DNA from: the human T2T-CHM13v2.0 reference genome, Homo sapiens | DNA length: 64,000 nt | NCBI RefSeq assembly: GCF_009914755.1 | Contig: NC_060936.1 | Strand: one strand, 5' to 3' | Shown: in pieces, positions 43,560 through 56,994 of the stretch | Layout: each line of letters begins with the position of its first letter | Numbering within the stretch: position 1 is the stretch's first letter | Translations under genes and position numbers: made by a program | The notes under the pieces: generated by a model | The model's database searches: none | The model's input: only the letters and a program-made list of their open reading frames with translations | Told to the model about the DNA's origin: nothing

Positions 43560-44450
43560 AATTGGTCTACTTTTCTCCATTTTTTCCACTTGACCATCTT
43601 AGTCTAAGTCGTAATCACCTCTCTTCCCTGTACAACTACAATGTCTTCCTAATTGGTTTCTCTCTTCTATTCTTGCTACCTCCACTCCCAATCTATTCAC
43701 TACCTAGAAGCTAAAGTAATAGTTTTCCTAGGGTAAAGAAAAAAATCATTGACAGACTATAAGACTCAAAGTGGAGACTACATCTCCAGCCTTCACTGGA
43801 TGCCACACCCCTTGCTTGGTGTACTCCGGTGAAGGTCCCCACCTTTTAGGGCCCACATTCATGCTCAACCTTTCCACCTCAGGACACTTGCACATGCTGA
43901 AACACTCTCCATCACCTTCAGAACCCCAAACCTCAGATGTCATTCCCTAGTTTTAATCCTATAATGGGATCCCAAATTGGGAAGGAGACTTTGTGTGGCT
44001 TATCAGACTTTGTGTGACCTAGCCACAGCCGACCAGTCTGCACCTACTATCTCTAGTCTCTTAACTAGGCTCAGTATGAATGAGCCTCAGCCTCACTGAG
44101 GAATGAGGGAGATGTTGGTGCATTTGAGGAACTCAGAGGCATGTACCAACATCCCCCTCATTCCTCAATCTTTAGGCATCCTGCTTCCTACGCCTGGAAA
44201 AATCTTGTGGCTAATTCTTGATCACCTTCAGGGCTCAGCATGAAATGTCACTTCCTCAGGAGGCCTTACCTTACCTCCAGATACTGGGTGGGTGTCTCTG
44301 GTGTGTGCTTACAGCAACTCTAATTATTCCATCAGAGCATTTTTTTTTTTTTACTATTCAACTGTAACTGTATTTCCTGCTATTTGGTAAACTATATGAA
44401 GGCAGGAATCACATCTATATTGCTCAGAACTGTTGAGCAAATGACTTTAT
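43560..44450 (+). mobile_element. L2 relic fragments
   Basis: ctcaggacacttgcacatgctg; aatgtcacttcctcaggaggcctt; atgaaggcaggaatcac. Confidence 0.6.
44097..44167. repeat. 27-bp inverted repeat (hairpin) with 17-nt spacer
   Basis: Arms 44097-44123 and 44141-44167: 25 Watson-Crick pairs, 1 G.U, 1 mismatch. Confidence 0.95.
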
Positions 44451-45103
44451 TCTTTAAATATGACTTTCCCCCCATGAATGAGCATATTAAAGTCAAAAAG
44501 AACCCAGGAAAACCATAGATCTCAACAGGAAGCATTCCAATAAGTGGTATTTCTTCCTGGAATAATGAAGCAAATCTAGACTTCCGACTCAATTTCCCAT
44601 GTCCTAAGGGAAGGTTCATGTGTTGTCATTTTTATTTTCACTAGCTGGCATAGTAATTATTCTTTACCAGCATTCGAATGCCCGGGGGCAATCTTCAGTA
44701 GGCACACAAAAGGATCGATAAGTACTAAAGAGACTAAAAAGATAAATAATATTGAATTCATAAAATGGCAGGATAAAAGAAAAGTAAATTAGGAAAACAC
44801 TGGAGGATATAAGACTAATAAGCAAAAAATAAATCACCCACAGTCTGCTTCCCCCAAAAGCATAAGCAGCTGTTGTTAATTTGATAAAACTGCTTCATGT
44901 GAAAGACCTTCAGAATCCTAAAACCAGAGCCCTGGTCTGGACCTTGGTGTGGATTCAGGGTAGAAATACAACAAACAGAAGCCAGGAGACAGTGCCCTGT
45001 GTCCCCTTCCCTGCTCTACCTTTTGTCAGCTGGGAGACTTTGGACAAGTTACAAGTCTTCTCTGAATTTCAGTTTCTTTACCTAAGAAGGCTACATAAAT
45101 TCA

Positions 45104-45505
45104 TGTGGTAGAAAACTGCTAGTTCTCTACGCATTCTCATTCCCTTCTCCTTTCTCGGTAACGGAACCCGATTTTTAGCTGGGCACACTAATGTCCCATT
45201 AAAACATAACATTTCTCAGCCAACCTCTACAACTAGGAAGCCAATGAGATGTAAGTAGACCTGTTGGGTGGGTCTACTGGAAAGTTCTGAAAGAAGAGAC
45301 TGGCCATTCATCTTCCCACTTCCTGGCACAGAAATGTGACTGATGGCTGAGACCTTTCAAACTGTAAAAACAAGAGCAGCACCAGAAAGGCCAAGAAGAA
45401 GAAAGCTGGAAGAAACTGGGACCCAAATGACCTAATGAAAATACCACAACACATTCTGGACTATCTACTTCTAAATTCCTTTATGTTAGAGAGAAATACA
45501 CCGCT
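45104..45505 (+). mobile_element. MLT1J-like LTR
   Basis: tgtggtagaa...catttctcagcc...gccaatgagatgtaag...tgttagagagaaata. Confidence 0.65.
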
Positions 45506-46049
45506 CATCTCGTTTCATACTAGATGGCTTCGTAGAAAGATTTCCCTTTATATTTGGCCCCAGTTGGCCTATTTGGGTACATTGGTCCTGCCTGTCTCCT
45601 CGGGAGCAAGACGTTCCATTCTGTCCTCCTTAGCGTGCCAGCCCCATGGATATTTAGAAACACTGGGACGTGGTCTGAGAAAACCTGAGTTTCCATGGGA
45701 TCTCGGGCAAGTCGCTTAAGTGCTCTAAGCCTTGTTGTTCATCCATAAAATGAAGGTTACTTCCTTTATTTCCCCAGAAATATTGTTTAGAGGAAAGAGC
45801 ATAGGTTTCTGAGTTACATATGAATTCAAATTACTTAATGGCTATATGATCTTAAGCAAGCTACTTAACCTTTCTGAATTTCAGTTTTCTCATCTTTAAA
45901 ATATCTTACTTCACAGATTATTATCTAAGGATTGGATGAGATATCAAACACGAAACACTTAGCCTAAAGACTTTTATTTGCAAGCCCAATACCTTACCAT
46001 AAAATAGTAGTTACTGTCATCTGTTTTCATTTTGCAGTGTTGTATGTAA

Positions 46050-46270
46050 TGGTAACAACAGCTAACAATCACTGAGCACTCATCGTGTGTCAGGCACTGT
46101 TCAAGCACTTTCCATGTATTAAGTCATTTAGTTCTCACAACAATGAGGTAAGTACTCTTATTATCCCCATTCTATAGATGAGGAAACAGAGACGCAATAT
46201 GTTAACTGCCTTGCCAAGTCACACAGCTAAAGAGGGAAGCCAGACAGTCTGACCCCAGAGCCCCTGCTCC
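46050..46270 (-). mobile_element. MIR
   Basis: caggcactgttcaagcacttt...attatccccattctatagatgaggaaacagag. Confidence 0.75.
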
Positions 46271-48163
46271 TATATTTCCAGCGTACACCATATTGCTTGC
46301 TGTCTGGGGGTAGTGTCATGTCTCCCCAAACAACATGCTAGTGTCCTCAGGGCAGAATCTGCATCATATATTCCTCGGTGTCCTCCCTGGTGGCTAACAG
46401 GGAATCTTACCCACCACAGGCCTCCAAGCACCAGAGAGAACTGAATGGCAGGTAAGTAATAACTGAGCCACTTCCTAAAATACCTGTATCACAGATGACC
46501 TTGAAGAAGACCATTTGTCCAATGAACCAAGGTATGCCTGAAGTGAAACACAGAGAATCCCTTTCACAGGGGGTGGAATATCCCTCCACCCGAAGTGCAC
46601 CTCTTGGGTCCTCAGAATCAGATTCCCTAAAGGCTTAAAGGACTCTGGGAACAATTCTGGCCAATGTTTTACATGCTTCCAGAGTCTGAACTGAGTTTAA
46701 GGCCTCTGTCATTCATTCAAATTAAAAATGCCTGCCAGACAGAATGAAATGTGTCAGAGTTTGCCGGCCTATAAAGAGTCACCATTTCCTCCTAGGTGCT
46801 GACGGACAACAGCTTTCGAAAATAGATCTATTTATGTTGTCATGATCAAGAACACTGATTGAGTATGTCACTATGCAAACTGAGTGTGTCACTATGCTCG
46901 GGATGCAGCTGATAGGACACAAACCTCATTAGCACAGACTTCATTAATTTGGAATATGTGATCATTCTTAGTAATGAATTTTATTTTTTGTTATCCATAA
47001 AGAAAACAATATGCAAAATAAATGAAGAAACAAGACCAATTCATCTCTTCTACCAATATTCATTGTAAATCTAGCACCAGGGTGGTAGTCATAGATGTTA
47101 TTTTGTGTAATTCTCATTAAAAGAGAACCCTTTAGTGCAGAAGGTAATGTACCCATTTTAAAACAAGTTAGAAGTCTGGAAAATTAAATTACGGTACATC
47201 CATACAATGAAATGCTATGCAACTATAATAAAACCAATGGAGTACATCAGCTGGTGCTAACATATTAACAAGAACAAATGCTGAATGAAAAAAAGCAAGA
47301 GGTGGAACCCTCTTTAAAGTATCTCATTTGTATTAAAAAACAATGAGAATAGATTATAATGATGTATACATACATAAATGGATATACAGTGAAATTCTCA
47401 GGAAGGGCAGTCAAGAAAAATGGATGGTCTAGGATGGAAAAGAAACTCATTTTTCACTGTACTTGTGTAACATGGAGTTCTTTACCATTTTCATGTTACT
47501 GTTTATATTAAACCTAACAAAAAGAGGTTAGCATTAATTATTATTTATTGGCCCATGCCTAGTGCAATGTCTGGCATATAACTGGAATTCCAGTGTTAAT
47601 TGCATGAATGTAAAGAAATGATACCACTAATTACCATCTAAGCACATTTATCTTTTCTATTCATACATCAGGTCCCACCCTAACATTAAATGCAAAAACT
47701 CTCTGGAGTAAATTCAAGTTCCTGTATGTGCTTAAAGAAATACACTTGCAACAATTTTGAAAGATACTCTGTAATTCATCCTTCCCCTTTATGTTCCCCA
47801 CTCTCTCCTTTCTCAAGCTCTGCTCTCCACACAGGCGAACACACACACACGCACACAGGCATGCAGAGTCAGGTAAACAGTTCACTGACCCAAAAAAAAG
47901 GACTGGAATTCAGAAATGTTTTACCGCTATTGCTAGAGGTTTGGTATGATCAATAATTTTTTTAACCACATGCTGATTTGAGAAAGTCTATAACCACACA
48001 CTACCACTTCACTGGCACTACCAATTAATTTTCCAAGTATATTTTGAAAAGAGTTGGTGCAGATTCATTGGAAACAATCTGCATTATTCCTAATAGTAAC
48101 CACAAACATGTTCTAAATAGTCAGAGCAACCCTTAAGCATCTTGGAGGTCTATGAACACTTAC

Positions 48164-48260
48164 CTGCCAGATATCAAATTCGCAGGTATACCTGACACGT
48201 GCAGCTGCTCCCTCCCGCTGCTATCTCCCTACGCGAGTGACAGCAAGCCAGGGAATTGGA
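48164..48260 (-). other. candidate non-coding first exon (upstream boundary undefined)
   Basis: Perfect CAG/GTAAGT donor on the minus strand (acttac 48158-48163), local CpG cluster, E-boxes. Confidence 0.35.
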
Positions 48261-48549
48261 AACTGACAGTTTTGTTTTCTCAGTGCTGACAAAGGGGAAC
48301 AAATTTCATATTTTCCCTGAGTGTGCAGTGTGTTGTTTTAAATTTTGTCAGAGTTTTTCCCCTAGTAGCAGCAACCAGGAGAAAAAGAAAAAGACATCTG
48401 GTAACTTCTTTAGAGTATGTCTTAACAGATCTGTTGGTGTGACTCCACTCATCTGTTTCATAAATAAAATGCAGGCAATGCCATCAATTAAAAATCTTTC
48501 TAAAGACGGTTTTAACAAGAGCAATATCCTGGAAACTACGGTCCCAATA

Positions 48550-48790
48550 TCCTAATAATCACAAGAGCCACCATATATGGAACACGCTTGTGTACTGGCA
48601 CTGTGGGGAGCACTTTATAAGCAAGCGGCAGCTTAATTCTCACAATTCTATTGGGTGCCATCATTATCCCCATTTTGCAGATGAAGAAACTGAGGCTCAT
48701 TGAGATGAATTGGCCAGCACAAAGTCATACAGCTAGTGAGTGAAAGCGCTGGGATTCAAACCAGGTTTTGAAGAACTCCAAGCATTCTGG
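48550..48790 (-). mobile_element. MIR
   Basis: attatccccattttgcagatgaagaaactgaggctca...ctgggattcaaacc. Confidence 0.75.
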
Positions 48791-49078
48791 AGCTCTGTGT
48801 TCCATCTATGTTCAATGAGTTTATCTGACAAAAAAAAAAACAGTAAGAATTAGAGGAACAAGGAAGGAGCCATTCTCTCTCTGCTCCAGAATTGATAGTC
48901 TATGACTTTCGGCACACAGGCCAGCTGTGGCAGACAAAACAGTAAGTCTGGCATCAGGAATCCCAGAATTGCCGTCCTGACTCTACCATGAACAAACCTG
49001 CTTGTCTCACTTAACAAGCAAGCCTTGTTCTCCACAGCTCTGAGATGAGGCAGCTGGATTACAATCTCCCTCAGCTTA

Positions 49079-49848
<770 letters not shown>

Positions 49849-49874
49849 TTAATCAGCAGTCAGCATCCAATGAA

Positions 49875-50770
49875 ATTGCACCAATGACCTCCAGTGCCCA
49901 CTGCTAAATCCAGTGGTCAATTTGTGGTCATCTCAATGGGCTGATCAACAGAAATCCACAGAATTAACATTCTCTCCTCTTGAAATCTCTCTAATTGACT
50001 TCCAAGACACTAATCTCTACTATATTTTCCTCTTCCTTCCTGGATGCGCCTTCCAAGTCTCCTTCGCAACTTTGTCCTCATCTTCCCAACTCTTGGAGTG
50101 CTCCAGAATTGAGTCCCAGTCTTCCTTGTCTACAGTAACTCTCTTGGTGCTCTCATCCAATTTCACAGATTTAAATGCAATCCACACACTGATGGCTCCC
50201 AAACGTGTAATCTCTACCCCAGAACCAGACTTTTACATCCAGTTACCAACTTAACACCTCTGCTCAGATGGCTAATGGGCATATCATGCCCCCAAATGAG
50301 CTCCTGTATCTCCCCAACTCCACCCTCAGAGTCGTTTCAATAAATGGGCCCTCAGCCCTTCACGGTGCTCTTTGCAGTCCCAGCTTGTCTGCAGCCACCC
50401 CAGCCAGCTCCAGCTTATGCACTTACTATTCCCATGACTTGGTGACTTCACCAGGTATCCATGAGGCTCCCTCTCTCACCTTTCTCTGGTAATTATTCAA
50501 ACATCACCTTTTCAGTGAGGCCTTTCCCTGATCATTCCATTTTAAATTGTAACCCATCCCTCAAAGCACCTTCTTTCCCTTCCCCTTGCTTTATTTTTCT
50601 CCATAAAAATTTCATCGCCTGATATATTTTATATTAGATTCATGTACTTCTTTATTGTCTATAATCCCCAACTAGAATGCACGCTCTAGGAAGAGGAAAG
50701 AGTTTGTCTGTCTTGTTCACTGATACATCTCTAACACTTAGAACAATGCCTGGAACATAGCAGGAATTCT
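49875..50770 (+). mobile_element. L2a-like fragment
   Basis: tgctaaatccagtggtcaat...tctcatcca...ttagaacaatgcctggaacatagcagg. Confidence 0.75.
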
Positions 50771-51617
50771 TTGGGGGGAAATGATGTAATCTACAAGCAT
50801 CCATGCATAGCCTGAGTACACCAGAGCATGCACAGTAGCCATTTCTCTCTGAATAGGAAAATGATGAAATATCTGTCTCAGACACTAGTTTCTTTTCCTC
50901 TTGTCTAAAAACTGAGGTCATTTTTGGATGTAAGAAGTATATATTGTAGTGCCCCATTTAGAAATCACAGCCCCCAAAGAACTAAGATAAAATATAATAA
51001 TATCATAAAAATAACTTTAAAAAATAAATTAGAATCAGTGTGTTGTTTTCATGTGTACATTAATTTTTAACATATATAATATATGATATGTAGAGAAAGA
51101 GACATAAATATTTTTTCCATAAAATTGGGGAACTAGCCATGCCAGGATTTCTGTGGTAATCTTGAAACTGTCTTTATGTATCAACAGCCAATAATGTTAT
51201 TTGTTTATCTATAGCTAGTTGTGTGTCTCATTTTTCTTTTTCTTTTTTTTTCATATTTGAAATCTTGTATTTCACCTACCACTACCCTGTAATGGCAAAG
51301 GATGGTCACTGAGTTAGTGGGTCAAAGCTCAGACATTAGCATCAAAGAGACTGGGCCTAATTCACAGATCCCATCTATGAGAACTCTGAAAACATTCTTG
51401 ACCCCTGATTTCCTCACAGATTCACCATCCAGCAACATTTCTGTGAGGATCAGTGAGATAATCCGCATAAAACCCTTAGCACAGTGCTTGGCACACAGAA
51501 AGTATTCAGTATACATTAACTATTATTAATCTTCAGACCTTATCTGACATCTTTGGCTCTCAAAATTCAAAGGTCTTATTGATCTCAAATGCAACTCCTG
51601 CCAGCTGCAATTAAATA

Positions 51618-52011
51618 CAGTCATGTGTTGCTTAACAGTGGGGCTTAATGGCAGGGCTACATGCCGAGAAATTTGTCATTAGGTGATTTCATCACCGTGT
51701 GAACATTCTAAAGTGTACTTACACAAACCTAGATGGTATAGCCTACTACATACCTAGGCTACATGGTATAGCCTATTGCTCCTAGGCTACAAACCTGGGC
51801 AGCATGTTTCTGTTCTGAACGCTGTAGCCAGCTGTAACACAACGGTAAGTACGTGTGCATCGAAACATGTCTAAACATAGAAAAGGTAATGTATTGCCCT
51901 GCAACATTACGATGGCTATGATGTCAGTAGGCGATAGGAATTTTCAGTTCCATTATCTTATGGGATGACCATCCATTATTGGCCAAATTGTCACTATGTG
52001 GTGAATGACTG
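51618..52011 (+). mobile_element. Tigger3a-like TcMar MITE
   Basis: TA-cagtcatgtgttgcttaac ... gaatgactg-TA; gtacttacacaaacctagatggtatagcctactac. Confidence 0.88.
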
Positions 52012-52589
52012 TATTCCCTTCTTCAGTTTATACCTAATGAAAATGCACCCATTTTCAGTAAACACGAACAAATCAAATCACCTTAAATGTCCTAACAATA
52101 CATGTGAATGTAGGTTTTAAAGACAAAACTATTGAGGGTTAAGAACTGGCTGATAAGTAAATGAACCAAGTGTTCGCATCTGAAATGACATAGAAGGAGG
52201 TAAAGACCATGAAGAAAAGAGGAAAGAAAAATGCTATCTAGAAAAGGGGTGAAACGAAAAACGAATCAGAAGATATAGGTTCCGTGCTTACCAACGCATT
52301 CTTTTAAAACAGTGACAAAAATAATAAATAACGCCTACGTAGGTAGCATAGATAAGAGTGCCCAGCATTGTTCCAAGGGCATTGTGTGTATTATTAGCCC
52401 ATTTTGTCTTCACAGTGTCCTCTCAGTGGGTACATTATTATCCCTGTTATGGGGCACAGAGATAACATGTCCAGCAGCTGCTGAGTGGCACAGTCAGGAT
52501 TGGAACCAGGCAGGGCAGGTCCAGAGCCCAAGCTCATAAGCACCACGGGACATACATCCTCATGTATATTCCCTGATTTCAGAGAGAGA

Positions 52590-53080
52590 GGTGTGTGTTG
52601 TTATTCTTTGGGAAATTGCCCCTTTCCCTGACCCTATGTGGCTCTAGAAGGCTTGACTCTTCCCCTTACCCTATGTAAGCCACAAGTTATGGGGGCAAAG
52701 GTAACCCAATATGACCAGACAGGGTCCATTCTCTGAAATTTTTTTCTACTGCAGCTGGAAAGAAACTGTCCTTATCTTCCCTTGGACTGAGAGCTGTAAG
52801 GCTATGATCCCAAAGCAGCTAGGACCCTTTTGCCCCACTGCATGGAGGTACAAGGAAGTGCTTAAAGCATGGGCCTTTCCATGAACAGGGACCAAAATGA
52901 GAGATGGACAGACAGAAAGAGGGAAGGGGTAAGCTGTTTAAGTCTCTGGATCCAGGTATCCCTGAGGTCTGCTGTACCTCCTCCTTTCTAAATTCCATTT
53001 ACCTGAGTCAACTACTTTCTACCTTGTTATTTAAGATATTAGTTTCTGTTGCTTATAGCAGAAGAATCCCAAGGAACACA
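52590..53080 (+). mobile_element. MLT1K/L-like LTR
   Basis: tctggatccaggtatccctgagg and gtttctgttgcttatagcagaagaatccc 3' end. Confidence 0.5.
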
Positions 53081-53429
53081 TTTAACTAGACATTTAATAC
53101 CTCCAGGATGAGCTGGAGAAAACAACCTGCCTGCTAGACAATGAAGTAGGTTTATAGCTAAAGGAACATATGTTCCTAGACTGAACATGCATCTTCTGAG
53201 CACCCATCCTCTGTCCAGGACCGTGCTAGACACAGGGGAATCATGAGAAATAAGACACTGTCCTCGTTCTTGAGGAGCTCACAGTCTAATGTAAGAGGAC
53301 ACACATGAAAACAAATAATCACAAGACAGTGAGCTAGGTGGTTAATAGAGTTCCCGCCTCGGGGTCTTTGTATTTTCTGTTTCCTTGCTGGAAACACTAT
53401 ACTCTCAGACCCATAACTGTCCAAGGCTG

Positions 53430-53865
53430 GTATATCAGTTTGCTAGGGCTGTCATAACAAAGCACTACAAACCAAGCACCTTAAGCATCAGAAATTTATT
53501 GTTTCACAGTTATTAAGGCTAGAAATCCAAGATCAAGGTGTTGGCAAGGTTGACTCCTTCTGAGGGCTGGAAGAGAGAATATGTCCCACCTTTCTCTCCT
53601 AGCTTCTCGTGGATATCTTGGCCTGTAGATCTCTGCCTTCATCTTCGCATGCCATTCTCCCCATGTGTTATCTGTATCCAAATTTCTCCTTTTTCTGAGG
53701 ACACCAGTCATACTGGATTAGAGACCCACTCTATTCCAGTATGACCTCATCATAACTAATTATATATGCAAGGACCCTAATCCTAAATCAAGTCATATTC
53801 TGAGGTACTGCGGACTAGAGCTTTAACATATTAATTTTTATGGGACACAATTCAATCCATAACAG
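53430..53865 (-). mobile_element. MLT1B/C-like solo LTR
   Basis: cagtttgctagggctgtcataacaaag...tccaagatcaaggtgttggc...gacacaattcaatccataaca. Confidence 0.85.
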
Positions 53866-53869
53866 CTAG

Positions 53870-54190
53870 CTTTGTCTTGCCATTCAAGTCTCAGTCCAAG
53901 TATTACCTCCACAGAAAGGCCTTCCCTGACCACCCAATTGAAAGAAGCTCTTCCCCAGCCACCAGTCACTCTACCTCATTGCCCTACTTGACTTTCTCCA
54001 TGCACTTACCACTACCAGAAATCATCTCACTTGTTTGCCTTTGGTCTGCCTCTCTACACAAGAACATAAACCTCATGAAAGCAAGGACTTTGTCTTGCCC
54101 ACTTGTCTCCAGAGCTGAGAGCAGTGCCTGTGACACATGGTGGTGCTCAATCAATGTCAGCTGAATAAATACATACATAAGTTAAATGAA
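53870..54190 (+). mobile_element. L2 3' relic
   Basis: attacctccacagaaaggccttccctgaccacc...gacacatggtggtgctcaat. Confidence 0.7.
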
Positions 54191-54814
54191 AATCACTTGG
54201 CCATTCATAAATGTAATGCCAGGGAGTGCCACAGCTATGCATAAAAGTCAAGCAGGGTAAGAGGGTAGAGAAAGGTGTGCTGTTCTGAGTATGGCAGCCG
54301 GGGTAGGCTTCTGAGGAGCTGACACAGAAGCAGCAAGAGCGGTTTCAGTGAGAGTGAGGCTGATGGTCTGACTGGGGTAGGACCGAGGCATGAACAGGAG
54401 GCAAGGAAGTGGAGACAGCAAGGAGACATGCCATAAAGGGAAGCTGAGAGTGGGGGCATCTGCATTTACTACCCAGCACCTAGACCTTGACAGCTGGCAA
54501 AGACTTTGCCATGCCTGGGGAAATAGTTTTCACTTATTCCCGAAGTTTTTACAACAGCCCTGAAGCCCTCCCTTCTCTGTCCCCTGAACATTTTGTTCTT
54601 GTTTTGGCACTGTACTTCTAGAATTTCTGTGGAACTGCAAGCTTTCCCTTTTACATGGCTCTTTCCTCCTCCAAGGAACTCCTTGAGGGCAGGGACCCCA
54701 AGAGGTTCCCAATAGATATGGAAGGAAGGGAACTTCTGGCTGTTGCTTCTCCCTGTGGGTGCCCCTTTCTACTACAAAAAAACAAACAAACAAGTTTTAT
54801 CCCTTTACAAACAA

Positions 54815-56990
54815 GACTTTGAGATCTGTGTGGTGAAAATTATAAAACATTGATGAAAGAAATTGAAGATGACACAAACAGAAAAGTATTCTGTGTTCAT
54901 GGATCAGAAGAATCAATATTGTCAAAATGTCCATATGCCCAAAGTGATATGTAGATTCAATGCAATCCCTATCAAAATTACAGTGGCATTTTTCACAGAA
55001 ACAGAAAACACAATCCCAAAATTTGTTTGGAGCCATAAAAGACCCCCAAATAGCTAACACGATCTTAAGCAGGAAGAATGAAGCTGGTGGCATCACGCTC
55101 ACTGATTAAAAATTATACTACAAAGCTATAGTAACAAGACAGTATAGTAGTGGCATAAAAACAGACACATAGGCCAATGGAGCAGAATAGAGAGCCCAGA
55201 AATAAACCCACACATGTACGGTCAAATAATGACCATGTGGACAAAGGTGCCAAGAACACACAATGGGGAAAGAATAGTCTCTTCAATAAGTGGTGCCGAA
55301 AAAACTGTATATCCATGTACCAAAAAAGTGAAATTGAAACTTTATCTTATGCCATACACAAAAATCAATTCAAAATCGATGAAAGACTTAAACTTAAGAC
55401 TTAAAACTGTAAAACTTCTAGAAGAAAACATAGGGGGACAGCTCCATTACATTCGTCTTGGCAATGATTTTCTTTTTTTCTTTGATACGATACCAAAAGC
55501 ACAGGAAACAAAAGTAAAAACAAACAAGGGAGACTGTCCCAAACTGAAAAGATTCTGCACAGCAAAAACACAGCAAAACGAAAAGGCAACCAAAGGAATG
55601 GGATAAAATATTTGAAAACCATATATATATGAGGTATTAATATCTAAAATATATAACGAACTCATATACCTCAACAGCAAAAAATAATAGTAATAATATC
55701 CCAACTTAAAAATGGGCAAAGGGGCTAGGCGCAGGGGCTCATGCCTGTAATCCTAGCACTTTGAGAGGCTGAGACAGTAGGATCCCTTGAGATCAGGAGT
55801 TTGTGACCAGCCTGGGCAACACAGTAAGACCTTGTCTCTAGAAAAAACATTTTTAAAATTAGCCGGGAATGATGCTGTGCACCTATAGTCCGAGCTGCTC
55901 GGGTGGCAAGAAGATTGCTTGAGCCTCAGAAGTCAAGACTGCAGTGAGTTATGATTGTGTCACTGCCCTCCAGCCTGGGCGACAGAGCAAGACCTTGTCT
56001 CTAAGAAAAAAAATGGGCAAAAGACTGATATTTTTCCAAAGATGACATACAAATGACCAAAAAGTATACAAAAAGGTGCTCAACATCGCTAATCATCAGG
56101 AAATGCAAATCAAAACAATAAGATATCATCTCACACCTGTTAGGATGACTATGATCAAAGTCAAAAGTTAACAAGTGTATGGCAAGGAGGAAATTAACAA
56201 TCCTTATGCATTGATAATGAGAATATAAATTGGTACAACCATTATGGAAAACAGTATGGAGTTTCCTGAAAAAAAATAAAAATAGAATTACCATATCATC
56301 CAGAAATCCTCCTTCTGGGTATATCTCCAAAGAAAATAAAATCATGTTCTCAAAAAAGTATCTGGATTTCACGTTCAGTGCAGCATCATTGACAATAGTT
56401 AAGATATGGAAACAATCTAAGTGTCTAGCAACAGATTTATGGATAGAGAAAATGTGCTATATATACACTGTGGAATATTATTCAGATTTAAAAAAAGAAG
56501 ATGAAATCCTGCCATATGTGACAACATGGATGAACCTGGAGGACACTGTGCTAAGTGAAATAAGCCAGACACAAACAGACAAATACTGCATGATCTCACA
56601 TAGATGTAGAATCTAAGAAAGCTGAACTCAGAAACAGAAAATAGAATGGTGGTTGCCAGGGGCTGGTCACTGGTCAAGGATATAAACTTTCAGTTATAAG
56701 ATGAATAAGTCCTGGGGACCTAATAACAACATAGTGATGGTAGTGTATAACAATTTACACTTGAAATTTGCTAAGACAGTAGATAGATCTTAAGCATTCT
56801 CACCACACACATATGAAAAAATGGAACTGTGTGAGGTGATGAATATGTTAATTAGCTAGATTATGGTAACTGTTTTACAATGTGTGTGTGTGTGCATATC
56901 TCAAAACATCATGTTGTATACCTTTAATATACATATTTGTCAATTACACTTCAGTAAAGCTAGAGACAAAATAAACAAAAAATAAAAATC
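54815..56990 (+). mobile_element. L1MA/L1MB-like: ORF2 C-terminal remnant plus 3'UTR
   Basis: Fragmented ORF2 peptides (DKGAKNTQWGKNSLFNKWC; PYTKINSK..KDLN; VQPLWKTVW) with frameshifts and stops. Confidence 0.9.
55723..56008 (+). mobile_element. AluJ inside L1
   Basis: TSD aaaaatgggcaaa at 55708-55720 and 56009-56021. Confidence 0.9.
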
Positions 56991-56994
56991 AGGC

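Noticed and set aside
54797-56677. ORFs with L1 ORF2-like peptides
   Set aside because: Frameshifted remnants of a dead L1, also interrupted by an Alu
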